DNA from: a bacterium
GTDB taxonomy: Bacteria > Zhuqueibacterota > Zhuqueibacteria > Zhuqueibacterales > Zhuqueibacteraceae
Direction of reading: 5' to 3'
DNA: 35,310 nt
Assembly (NCBI GenBank): GCA_044869275.1
Contig: JBIOXB010000079.1
Location: 1 to 35,310, forward strand
The notes under the pieces were generated by a model. That model searched no databases. It was not told the origin of the DNA and saw only the letters and a program-made list of their open reading frames with translations. The position numbers and the translations under genes are program-made. Below are positions 26,468 through 35,310 of this stretch, one piece after another (within the stretch, counting starts at the first letter, position 1; every line of letters starts with the position of its first letter).

Positions 26468-27781
26468 ATGCGTATTTGTATGGTTGGTACCGGCTATGTC
26501 GGACTGGTGACCGGCACGTGCTTCGCGGAATTCGGCAATGACGTCGTCTGCGTGGATATCGACAGCGGCAAAATCGAGACCTTGAATCGCGGCGAGATTC
26601 CGATCTACGAGCCGGGCTTGGATACCATGGTGGCGAAGAATGTGAAATCCGGCCGCTTGAAATTCACCACCGACATGAAATATGCGATCGATAATTCTCT
26701 GGTGATTTTCGTCGCGGTGGGCACGCCGCAAGCGCAGGATGGCTCCGCGGACATGCGCTACGTTGAGAACGTGGCGAAAGATATTGCCAAATACATGAAC
26801 GGCTACAAGGTCGTGGTGAACAAGAGTACGGTGCCGGTGGGCGCAGGCAAATGGATCAAAGAAGTGATTCAAAAGCATCAAAGGACCTCCATCCATTTCT
26901 CCGTCGTTTCCAATCCGGAATTTCTGCGCGAAGGCTCGGCCATCGAAGACTTCATGCGCCCCAATCGCGTGGTCATCGGCGCGGAGGACAGTGAGGCCAT
27001 GGCGATCATGAGAGATTTGTACTCGCCCTTGTATTTGATCGAAACCCCGATTGTGATGACCGATCTGGCCAGCGCCGAATTGACGAAATACGCGGCCAAT
27101 GCTTTTCTTGCCGTCAAAATCAGCTTCATCAACGACATCGCCAATGTGTGCGAGCGCGTGGGCGCGGATGTGCACGATGTGGCACGCGGCATGGGCCTGG
27201 ATAACCGCATCGGCACGAAGTTTTTGCACCCCGGCCCGGGCTACGGCGGTTCGTGCTTCCCGAAGGATACGCTGGCACTGCTTTCCATTGGCGCCAAACA
27301 CGAATATCCACTCCGCATCGTCGAGGCCGCGGTAAAGGTGAACGAGATGCAGCGACAAGTCATGGTGCAAAAAATCAAGAACGCGATCGGCAGCATTGCA
27401 GGCAAGACCATCGCAGTTCTCGGGCTCGCCTTCAAGCCGGAAACCGACGACATACGCGAAGCGCCGGCCATCGACATCATTCAGGCGCTGCTCAAAGAAG
27501 GCGCGCGCGTCCGTGCCTACGATCCGGTCGCCATGGCGCCCGCACGTCAGCTATTGCCGGAGGTGGAATTTGGCGAAGGGAATAAAGTCGGGGAAGAATA
27601 CAAGATCATGGAAGCCGCAGACGCGCTGGTGTTCGTCACCGAGTGGAACCAATTCCGCAGCCTGGACCTCGACCGTGTGCGCGGTTTGTTGAAGTCGCCC
27701 ATCGTGATCGACCTGCGCAACATTTACGATCCGCTCAGGATGAAGGAAAAAGGTTTTCAATATTTCTGCGTTGGCCGGTGA
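26468..27781 (+). CDS. ugd: UDP-glucose 6-dehydrogenase
   Basis: GTGYVGL, IYEPGL, KSTVPVG, SNPEFLREG, AELTKYAAN, GYGGSCFPKD, GLAFKPETDDIRE. Confidence 0.95.
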   Translation: MRICMVGTGYVGLVTGTCFAEFGNDVVCVDIDSGKIETLNRGEIPIYEPGLDTMVAKNVKSGRLKFTTDMKYAIDNSLVIFVAVGTPQAQDGSADMRYVENVAKDIAKYMNGYKVVVNKSTVPVGAGKWIKEVIQKHQRTSIHFSVVSNPEFLREGSAIEDFMRPNRVVIGAEDSEAMAIMRDLYSPLYLIETPIVMTDLASAELTKYAANAFLAVKISFINDIANVCERVGADVHDVARGMGLDNRIGTKFLHPGPGYGGSCFPKDTLALLSIGAKHEYPLRIVEAAVKVNEMQRQVMVQKIKNAIGSIAGKTIAVLGLAFKPETDDIREAPAIDIIQALLKEGARVRAYDPVAMAPARQLLPEVEFGEGNKVGEEYKIMEAADALVFVTEWNQFRSLDLDRVRGLLKSPIVIDLRNIYDPLRMKEKGFQYFCVGR

Positions 27782-27877
27782 GAATGTAGCAGATTTTCAC
27801 CGCCAAGGGGCGAAGGACGTAATCGGCAAGCGCCTCCAGCCTCTTGCTGTTACAATGTTGCGGTTTTGAAACATTCC

Positions 27878-27914
27878 GCCCGATTCCGGATTCTTGGAGT
27901 CGGGCTTTTTATTT
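27878..27914 (+). terminator. Intrinsic terminator after ugd
   Basis: GCCCGATTCC (27878-27887)/GGAGTCGGGC (27896-27905), a 10-bp stem with one G-U, followed by TTTTTATTT. Confidence 0.75.
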
Positions 27915-28129
27915 GCATGTGTCACACAAATACATCGTTTCATCGTGGCACATAACGGGACGGCCGGCCCGCTGTATTCAAGAGATTTTGACCGAGCAAA
28001 CTTCATAAAAAATAGCCAGAAATCAGACTTTGCTGGTATATAAAAAACTGGCATCACTGTTGCAAAAGGCGGAGGGGACGATAACCAATTTGAAAGAGCA
28101 ATTTGACAGTTATGCAAAAAGATGCTCGT

Positions 28130-29374
28130 ATGAAAGTGTTGATGATCGCGCCACAGCCGTTTTTTCAGCCGCGTGGCACGCCCTTCAGCGTGCTCCATCG
28201 CTTGCGCGCGTTGGCGCTGCTTGGTTATCAGATTGATCTGGTGACGTATCATCTGGGTCAGGAGGTTCAAATCGAGGGCGTGCAGATTCACCGTGCCGCC
28301 CCCGTGCCGTTCGTGAAAAAAATCGCCATTGGCCCGTCGCGAGCTAAGATTTTCTTGGATGTGCAAGTCTATCGCCGGGCGGTGGAATTGCTCAAGCGCC
28401 AGCGCTATGATTTGCTGCACACGCACGAGGAAGCCGGCTTCATGGGCATTCGTTTGTGCAAGCAATTTGGCACGCTGCATTTGTACGACATGCATTCCAG
28501 CTTGCCGCAGCAGTTGTCGAATTTCAAATTTACACGCTCCCGGGCGGTGATCCGGTGGTTTGAAAAATTGGAAGGAGCCACGATCGCGAGCGCGCAGGCC
28601 GTGATCACGATTTGTCCCGAGCTTTACCGTTATGTACACCAGCGCTATCCGGCCAAATATAACAAGCTGATTGAAAACGTCGCCGACAACAGCACGGTGT
28701 TCGGCGAACGCGGAGTGAAGCTCGATCTGCGCCGGCAGTACAACCTCAATGGTGAAACGGTCGTTCTTTATGCCGGCACGCTCGAGCCCTACCAAGGCAT
28801 TGGCATGTTGATCGAAGCGGCGGCCCAGATCGTGCAGCAACGTCCTCACCTGCGTTTCCTGGTGGTCGGCGGGCATGTCGAGCAGGTGCAAACGTATCGT
28901 GAAATGGCCCAGCGGCTGGGAGTGGGTGAGCATTTTCTCTTTACCGGGCAACGCCCGCCCGAGGAGATTCCGCACTTCATGCAATTGGCAAATGTGCTGG
29001 TTTCCCCTCGCCTCGAGGGCAACAATACACCTCTCAAAATCTACTCGTACCTTCGTTCGGGTATCCCCATCGTTGCCACCAATCACCTCACCCATACACA
29101 AGTTTTGCATTCGGAGGTCGCGGCGCTGACCGATTGCACCTCCACGTCGTTTGCGCAGGGACTGTTGCAGGTGCTGGAGGATGATGGCTATCGCCAACGC
29201 CTCGCACGGAACGCGCAAGCCCTGGCCGAGCGCGAATACAGCTATGATGCTTATCTGCGCAAAACCCGGGAAACTTACGAGTATCTGGAAGCACTTCGTT
29301 CGAACCAGAGCCAGCAACGCAAAGACACAAGAAAGCACCAAGCCCAGGAAGCGGTTGTGGCGCCGGTGGCCTGA
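28130..29374 (+). CDS. Glycosyltransferase family 4
   Basis: MKVLMIAPQPFFQPRGTP, VLYAGTLEPYQG, ANVLVSPRLEGNNTPLKIYSYLRSGIPIVAT. Confidence 0.9.
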   Translation: MKVLMIAPQPFFQPRGTPFSVLHRLRALALLGYQIDLVTYHLGQEVQIEGVQIHRAAPVPFVKKIAIGPSRAKIFLDVQVYRRAVELLKRQRYDLLHTHEEAGFMGIRLCKQFGTLHLYDMHSSLPQQLSNFKFTRSRAVIRWFEKLEGATIASAQAVITICPELYRYVHQRYPAKYNKLIENVADNSTVFGERGVKLDLRRQYNLNGETVVLYAGTLEPYQGIGMLIEAAAQIVQQRPHLRFLVVGGHVEQVQTYREMAQRLGVGEHFLFTGQRPPEEIPHFMQLANVLVSPRLEGNNTPLKIYSYLRSGIPIVATNHLTHTQVLHSEVAALTDCTSTSFAQGLLQVLEDDGYRQRLARNAQALAEREYSYDAYLRKTRETYEYLEALRSNQSQQRKDTRKHQAQEAVVAPVA

Positions 29375-29535
29375 GCCCATCCCGCCCTGCCGATCTGGAG
29401 TAAGCTGATGAGGTGCCGGGAATGGTGGTGCTGGAGGTTCAGCAAGATTCCCGCGGAAGGACAACGGCGCAGGCCAGATGGAGGCAGCGCCATGATTGTG
29501 GCTTTTGTACCCTGGTGCTAAAATAGGATCAAAGC

Positions 29536-31422
29536 ATGTGCGGCATTTGTGGCGTTATGAATTTCGACCATGAGCGCAGCGTCGATGAACACGAGTTGCG
29601 GCGCATGAACGACGCGATCTTTCACCGCGGGCCGGACGAGGACGGCTTCTATGTGAAAGGCCGCTTCGGCATGGCCATGCGCCGACTGAGTATCATCGAT
29701 CTCTCCGGTGGCCGGCAGCCCATCCGCAACGAAGACGGCAGCATCTGGATCGTGTTCAACGGCGAGATTTATAATTACCCCGAGCTCAAAGCCGATCTGG
29801 AAAAGCGCGGGCATCGTTTTTATACCAAAGCTGACACCGAAGCCATCGTGCATGCCTATGAGGAATATGGCCACGAATGTCCGGGCAAATTGAACGGCAT
29901 GTTCGCCTTTGCGCTTTGGGATGAAAAGCAGCAATGCCTGTTCATGGCGCGCGACCGTCTCGGCAAAAAACCGCTGTATTATTATCATGACCGCGAGCGC
30001 CTGGTCTTCGGGTCGGAATTGAAGAGCCTTTTGCAAATGAAGAGCATTCCGCGCCGCGTTTCGGCCGAGGCCTTGGATTTGTATTTGACCTACGAATACA
30101 TTCCTGCGCCGCACACGATTTTTGCGGACATCAAAAAACTCCCGGCCGGGCATACCCTCACGATTCACGGCGACGGCAAAACCGAATTGCGCCGCTATTG
30201 GGATTTGCACTTTCACGAAAACGGCAGCACACCCGAAGACTTGCAACACGGCTTGCTGGAGCTGCTGCAAGACGCCGTGAAAATCCGCCTGATGAGCGAG
30301 GTGCCGCTGGGCGCCTTTCTTTCCGGCGGAATCGATTCGAGCTGCGTGGTCGCCCTGATGGCGCGCGTCATGGATCAGCCCGTCAAAACCTTTTCCATTG
30401 GTTTTGAAGAAGGCAGCTACAATGAACTGCATTATGCCCGCGAAATGGCGCGGCACTTTAAAACCGATCATCACGAAATGATCATTCGCCCGAATGCGCT
30501 GGAATGGACCGAGAAGCTGGTCACGCATCTCGACGAGCCGCTGGGCGACTTTTCCATTTTCCCGACTTTTCTGGTGTCACAAATGGCGCGGCAGCACGTG
30601 ACGGTTGCGCTCTCCGGCGACGGCGGCGACGAATTGTTCGGTGGGTATGACACCTATATCGCGGATGGATTCGCGCGCCAATACCGCCGGCTGCCCGCGC
30701 CTTTGCGCCACGGGTTGATTCCGGCGGTAACCAGAAGAATTCCACCGCGGGAGAAGAAAAAAGGCGCGATCAACCGTCTCAAGCGCTTCGTGGACGGTGC
30801 GGTGCTGCCGGAAGATTTGCAGCACGTGCGCTGGATGATTTTTTTGACCGAGCAGGAAAAGACCAAGCTTTACGGCGACGCGATGCGCCACTTGTCGCGT
30901 TCGACGCTCGCGCACGATTTTATCCGCGGCTTTTTTCAGCGCGCGGATGCGAAAGATGACCTCAATCGCCAGTTGTACGTCGATATTAAAACTTACTTGT
31001 GCGATGACATCATGGTGAAGGTCGATCGCATGAGCATGGCGACCTCGCTCGAAGCGCGCGCACCGTTCTTGGATTATCGCGTGGTCGAATATGCCGCCAC
31101 GATTCCGAGCGCGCTCAAGATTCAAGGCAGGCAGACGAAAAAGATCTTGAAAGACGCGATGAAACCGTTGCTCCCGCCCAACATCATTGGCCGCGGCAAA
31201 GAGGGCTTCAGCATTCCGATCAAAAGCTGGCTGAAAAACGAATTGCGTGGCATGATGCTGGAAGTGCTGTCGCCCGCCGCGCTCAAACGGGACGGCTTTT
31301 TCAACGCGGAGCACGTGCAACGCTTGATCGACGAGCATGTACAGGGCGTCGAGAATCACAGTCACCGGCTGTGGGCGTTGATGGTATTCGGCATTTGGCG
31401 CAACCAATATTTGCAAAATTGA
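29536..31422 (+). CDS. asnB: Asparagine synthase (glutamine-hydrolysing)-type amidotransferase
   Basis: MCGICG, HRGPD, RRLSIIDL, FNGEIYN, ARDRLGKKPLYY, FLSGGIDSS, LSGDGGDELFGGY, KVDRMSMATSLEARAPFLD. Confidence 0.95.
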   Translation: MCGICGVMNFDHERSVDEHELRRMNDAIFHRGPDEDGFYVKGRFGMAMRRLSIIDLSGGRQPIRNEDGSIWIVFNGEIYNYPELKADLEKRGHRFYTKADTEAIVHAYEEYGHECPGKLNGMFAFALWDEKQQCLFMARDRLGKKPLYYYHDRERLVFGSELKSLLQMKSIPRRVSAEALDLYLTYEYIPAPHTIFADIKKLPAGHTLTIHGDGKTELRRYWDLHFHENGSTPEDLQHGLLELLQDAVKIRLMSEVPLGAFLSGGIDSSCVVALMARVMDQPVKTFSIGFEEGSYNELHYAREMARHFKTDHHEMIIRPNALEWTEKLVTHLDEPLGDFSIFPTFLVSQMARQHVTVALSGDGGDELFGGYDTYIADGFARQYRRLPAPLRHGLIPAVTRRIPPREKKKGAINRLKRFVDGAVLPEDLQHVRWMIFLTEQEKTKLYGDAMRHLSRSTLAHDFIRGFFQRADAKDDLNRQLYVDIKTYLCDDIMVKVDRMSMATSLEARAPFLDYRVVEYAATIPSALKIQGRQTKKILKDAMKPLLPPNIIGRGKEGFSIPIKSWLKNELRGMMLEVLSPAALKRDGFFNAEHVQRLIDEHVQGVENHSHRLWALMVFGIWRNQYLQN

Positions 31423-31434
31423 AGGGCAGCCGAG

Positions 31435-32514
31435 ATGTTCAAGCAGATGAAACATCTTCAGAACTTTTTACGCTTCGCCAAGGGAGAGCAAGAGCCGATT
31501 ATCGGGCCGGTTAAGGCGATGTGGGAGGTGTTGTACATTTGCAATGCCAAGTGCCGCACCTGCGATCGCTGGCAAGAGCAGCCCGATCCGCGCACGCTGT
31601 CGACGGACGAGGGCAGGCAATTGATCGAGCAACTGGCGCAGGCCGGGGTGATGCACTTGTGCTTCACCGGCGGCGAGCCTTTGCTGCGCCGGGACATTTT
31701 CGAATTGATCGCGTGCGCGCGTGCCAATGATCTGTCCACTTCCATGTTCACGAATGCATTGCTGCTCAACGAGCGCCGTGCCAACGAATTGATCAACGCG
31801 GGCTTGGATGCGGTCTACATTTCGCTCGACGGCAGCACGCCGGAATTGAACGATACGCTGCGCGGCATCAACGGCTATTTCACCTTGGCGATCCAGGCCA
31901 TCGAAAATCTCAAAGCGCTGCGCAGCAACAGCCGCCCGAAAATATTCATTGCCGTCACGGTCACCAAGGCGAACATGTATGATTTGGAGAATCTCGCACG
32001 CTTCGTGAAAAGCCGCACGCTCGACGGCCTTTCGTTTCAACCGGCTCTGCACGTGCCTGAAATCATGTACCGCGTGGCAGACGATCTGGCCTTCGCGCCC
32101 GGCGACGGCGCCGTTCTGCAAAACCTCGTCAATCAGGTGGTCAAAATGTACGGCGATATTTTGCCGATGAGTCGCGATTACTACCGCCAATTTGCAGCGC
32201 ATATCGACAATCCGCCGAGCTTGAAGGAGCACAACAACATCGCCGGTTATGCCCTTGCCATGATCGACCCGTTCGGCAATATTTATCCCGATCCGCTCGA
32301 AATTGCCGCCATGGGCAATATTCGCGAGCAAACATTCAAGGAAATTTGGTTCGGCGGCCGCGCCCGTGAAGTGCGCCATCGCATCGCGCATCGCGAGCAT
32401 CCCGTGGAATTGTTCGAAAGCTTCATTTCCATGAACATGGCCGTGCGCCGCTTGAATCCGTTGAATCTGCACCGCACCTTCCGGCCTTTGATGAAAGCTG
32501 CGGAACATTTTTGA
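31435..32514 (+). CDS. Radical SAM protein with SPASM/twitch-like C-terminus
   Basis: CNAKCRTC (CxxxCxxC), FTGGEPLLR, ISLDG, LRG; C-terminal IDPFGNIYP...MGNIREQTFKEIW. Confidence 0.9.
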   Translation: MFKQMKHLQNFLRFAKGEQEPIIGPVKAMWEVLYICNAKCRTCDRWQEQPDPRTLSTDEGRQLIEQLAQAGVMHLCFTGGEPLLRRDIFELIACARANDLSTSMFTNALLLNERRANELINAGLDAVYISLDGSTPELNDTLRGINGYFTLAIQAIENLKALRSNSRPKIFIAVTVTKANMYDLENLARFVKSRTLDGLSFQPALHVPEIMYRVADDLAFAPGDGAVLQNLVNQVVKMYGDILPMSRDYYRQFAAHIDNPPSLKEHNNIAGYALAMIDPFGNIYPDPLEIAAMGNIREQTFKEIWFGGRAREVRHRIAHREHPVELFESFISMNMAVRRLNPLNLHRTFRPLMKAAEHF

Positions 32515-32616
32515 TGACGTTTGGAATAGCGTTTTCACACAGCCTGAATCTGCTCCGGCGCAACCTCGGTGCTCATGCTTACTCATGAAACTGCCATGGC
32601 GTCTTCGCCAGTGCAA

Positions 32617-33438
32617 ATGGAGTCTATGACCACAACACAAACTCGGCATCGCAAAACTGCACCCATAAAATCCTCCAATGGTGAATTGATCAAAGCCATC
32701 GCCGATTATTGGAATGCGCACATTCATGATCTCGCCATTGCCAAGCATCCCGTGGGCACGGCGGGTTTTTTCAAAGACCTCGACTGCTATCGCTTCGATA
32801 AACTGCGCTACCTGCCGCAAGTGGTCGACTTCAACGGCTATCGCGGCAAGACGATTCTCGAAGCCGGCTGTGGCATCGGCATTGACTTGCTGCGTTTCGC
32901 CCAGGGTGGTGCGCAGGTGATTGGCGTCGATCTTGCCAAAACCTCCATCGAGCTCGCCAAAAAGAACTTTGAATTGAACGGCGTGCGTGGCGAGTTTTTG
33001 AAAATGAACGGTGAAGCCTTGGAGTTCGAGGACAATAGCTTCGACGTCGTTTACGCGCACGGCGTTTTGCAATACACCGCCAGTGCCGACAAAATGGCGC
33101 GCGAGCTGCATCGCGTGCTCAAGCCCGGCGGCGAAGCGATCGCGATGGTTTACAACCGGCTTTCGTGGCTCAACGCGTTGTCCCGCGTCATGAAAGTTGA
33201 CCTGGAGCACGAAGACGCGCCGGTATTGAACAAGTATTCGATCAGCGAATTCAAGAAAATGCTCGCGCCGTTTGCGCAGGTGCGTATCGTGCCGGAGCGC
33301 TTTCCCGTGCCCAGCCAGTTGCACAAAGGCTGGAAAGCCATGTTGTACAATGGCATGTTCGTTCCGGCATTTACGATTTTACCTCGCTTTCTCGTGCGCC
33401 CATTGGGCTGGCACTTGATGGCCTTCTGCAAAAAGTGA
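32617..33438 (+). CDS. Class I SAM-dependent methyltransferase (start uncertain, 32569-32626)
   Basis: ILEAGCGIG, VIGVDL, LEFEDNSFDVVYAHGVL, LHRVLKPGG. Confidence 0.9.
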   Translation: MESMTTTQTRHRKTAPIKSSNGELIKAIADYWNAHIHDLAIAKHPVGTAGFFKDLDCYRFDKLRYLPQVVDFNGYRGKTILEAGCGIGIDLLRFAQGGAQVIGVDLAKTSIELAKKNFELNGVRGEFLKMNGEALEFEDNSFDVVYAHGVLQYTASADKMARELHRVLKPGGEAIAMVYNRLSWLNALSRVMKVDLEHEDAPVLNKYSISEFKKMLAPFAQVRIVPERFPVPSQLHKGWKAMLYNGMFVPAFTILPRFLVRPLGWHLMAFCKK

Positions 33439-33446
33439 GCGGCGGG

Positions 33447-34445
33447 ATGGCAAAAAAAGTTTTGGTTACGGGTGCCAACGGTTTCACCGGTAGCTATCTC
33501 TGCAAGCACCTCGCCCAAAAGGGCTATCACGTGCGCGGGCTGGTGCGCGCCTCCAGCAAGCTCGATTTGTTGAACGGTAATGATATTGAGTTTGCCCGCG
33601 CCGATATCGCCGACGAGCAGAGCGGCCGTGATCTCGATGCCGCGATGAAGCAGATCGACCTCGTGTATCACGTCGCCGCGACCTATCGCATCGAAGGTGT
33701 GCCGCGCAAGTATTTTTGGCAGGTAAATGTGGAAGGCACGCGCCGGGTGCTCGAAGCGGCGCAGCGCGCGGGGGTGAAACGCTTCGTGCATTGCAGCACC
33801 GTTGGCGTGCAGGGCGAAATCAAAAATCCCCCGGCAAGCGAGGACGCTCCGGCCTCGCCGGGCGATGTTTATCAAGAATCAAAATTGGCTGGAGAGTTGC
33901 TGGCGCGCAAGTTTTTTGAGGAGCAAGGCCTTGCCGGTGCGGTCGTTCGTCCGGTTGGCATATATGGCCCCGGCGATACTCGCTTTCTCAAATTATTTCG
34001 CTTCATCCACAACGGCAAATTTCGCATGTTGGGCAGTGGCCGGGTGTTGTACCATCTGACTTTCGTAGAGGATCTGGTCGCCGGCATCGCACTGGCCGGA
34101 GAGAAGCATGAAGCGGTCGGACAGGTCTTCACCATCGGCGGCAATGAATATACGACGATGTCGGAATTGGTGGTGCGCATTGCGCGGGCGCTTGAGGTTC
34201 CCGTGCCCAAGAAAAGATTTCCGGTTTGGCCGGTGTGGTTCGCCGGACTGTTGTGTGAAATGATGTGCCGGCCCCTCGGCATTGAACCGCCGCTTTACCG
34301 GCGCCGTGTGGAATTCTTTATCAAAGATCGCGCGTTCGATATCAGCAAAGCGCGGAAACTTTTGGGCTATCAACCCCAAGTCGATTTGGATAGCGGTTTG
34401 AAGCGCACGGCCGATTGGTATCGCGCGCAAGGCATGTTGCATTAA
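33447..34445 (+). CDS. NAD-dependent epimerase/dehydratase (alternative start GTG 33435)
   Basis: VLVTGANGFTG, VYHVAA, VNVEGT, FVHCSTVGV, YQESK, RPVGIYGPGD. Confidence 0.92.
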   Translation: MAKKVLVTGANGFTGSYLCKHLAQKGYHVRGLVRASSKLDLLNGNDIEFARADIADEQSGRDLDAAMKQIDLVYHVAATYRIEGVPRKYFWQVNVEGTRRVLEAAQRAGVKRFVHCSTVGVQGEIKNPPASEDAPASPGDVYQESKLAGELLARKFFEEQGLAGAVVRPVGIYGPGDTRFLKLFRFIHNGKFRMLGSGRVLYHLTFVEDLVAGIALAGEKHEAVGQVFTIGGNEYTTMSELVVRIARALEVPVPKKRFPVWPVWFAGLLCEMMCRPLGIEPPLYRRRVEFFIKDRAFDISKARKLLGYQPQVDLDSGLKRTADWYRAQGMLH

Positions 34446-34565
34446 ACCAGGATCGTGTCATTCTGAAATGGTCGTGGCAGAAACGGGCATTCTGCCACCA
34501 GGCCACCATCCCGATTTCCGCATGACCTCCCGGCGATCCGGCCAGAAATTGAAACGGGTGCTCCG

Positions 34566-35310
34566 ATGACCTCTTTTGCGAGAATTCACAAAGTGGCTGA
34601 TTCCACCGACTCTTCCCCGCGCCGGGACAGCGTTGAAATCCAAGAGAAACTGTTCGACGCCAAAAAATCCAAGCTGCAAAAATACCGCGAGCTCATTCTC
34701 GGCGAGGCTAGCACTTGGTTTTTGATCAAGTATGAATTCATCATCACGTTGGTCAGCTGGCTGCCAGGGGCCCTGGGCCTGGTTTTGCGCAGCAAGCTTT
34801 ATCCCATGTTGCTCGGCAGCGCCGGCCGTAATGTGACTTTTGGCGTGAACGTCGTTCTGCGCCATCCGAAAAAGATTCATGTGGGCGACGACGTCGTGAT
34901 TGACGACAACGTCGTGCTCGATGCAAAGGGGCATGATAACAAAGGTTTGTTCATCGGCAACGGCGTGTTTATCGGCCGCAACACGATATTGAGCTGCAAG
35001 AACGGCGACATTCGCTTGGAAGACCATGCCAATCTCGGCTTTAATTGTGAGATTTATTCCGCCAGCGCCGTGACGGTGGGCAAAAATGTTTTGATGGCGG
35101 CATATGTTTACCTCGTGGGCGGCACACACACTTTTCGCCGCACCGATATTCCGATTCTTTTTCAGGAGCGTGTGAGCGAGGGCATCCGCATCGGGGAGAA
35201 TGCCTGGCTGGGTGCGCACGCGGTCGTGTTTGACGGCACCCAAGTCGGCAAAGAATGCATCGTTGGCGCGGGTTCGATCATTAACGACGATATACCGGAT
35301 TGGAAAATCG
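34566..35310 (+). CDS. Hexapeptide-repeat (left-handed beta-helix) acyltransferase, 3' end outside the window
   Basis: Not in the ORF track; translated by hand (ATG 34566 or GTG 34593): ...SWLPGALGLVLRSKLYP...GRNVTFGVNVVLRHPKKIHVGDDVVIDDNVVLDAKG...IRIGENAWLGAH...VGKECIVGAGS. Confidence 0.88.
   Translation, partial: MTSFARIHKVADSTDSSPRRDSVEIQEKLFDAKKSKLQKYRELILGEASTWFLIKYEFIITLVSWLPGALGLVLRSKLYPMLLGSAGRNVTFGVNVVLRHPKKIHVGDDVVIDDNVVLDAKGHDNKGLFIGNGVFIGRNTILSCKNGDIRLEDHANLGFNCEIYSASAVTVGKNVLMAAYVYLVGGTHTFRRTDIPILFQERVSEGIRIGENAWLGAHAVVFDGTQVGKECIVGAGSIINDDIPDWKI

Noticed and set aside
31468..33324. 618-aa minus-strand ORF (likewise 27797-29464, 22172-23584, 29518-30528, 16709-17692, 25319-26284, 34458-35243)
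   Set aside because: Antisense shadows of clearly recognisable plus-strand genes, with no family motifs.

Overview
Bacterial genomic DNA of moderately high GC, possibly from an FCB-group lineage such as KSB1 (impression only, not testable here). It has three zones. (1) 1-2912, minus strand: a Tat-type CotA/bilirubin-oxidase-like multicopper oxidase that runs off the window, and sdaA. (2) ~3200-13000: a plus-strand accessory stress/DNA-damage patch with a methyltransferase, YafY-type WYL regulator, DinB, HipA-like kinase, an unknown protein, tag, EVE, a small His/Cys protein, an epimerase, an arginase-family gene and several spliced gene fragments. (3) ~13100-35310: envelope and carbohydrate genes (PQQ-type beta-propeller, beta-barrel protein, ybgF/cpoB, galT, a degenerate glgA, a STAS protein), then a wza/wzc exopolysaccharide cluster that continues past the window end. 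The strongest unexplained signal is an identical 18-bp sequence, CTGACATAGGGTTGTCAC (palindrome TGACA-N6-TGTCA), at 5344 and 8351. Each copy is followed after exactly 10 nt by a -10 hexamer, the promoter geometry known for the WYL activator PafBC. This suggests a WYL-activated damage regulon. The second copy precedes a ~330-nt, strongly base-paired non-coding stretch and a coupled unknown-tag-EVE operon. No CRISPR, rRNA, tRNA or intact transposase was seen.
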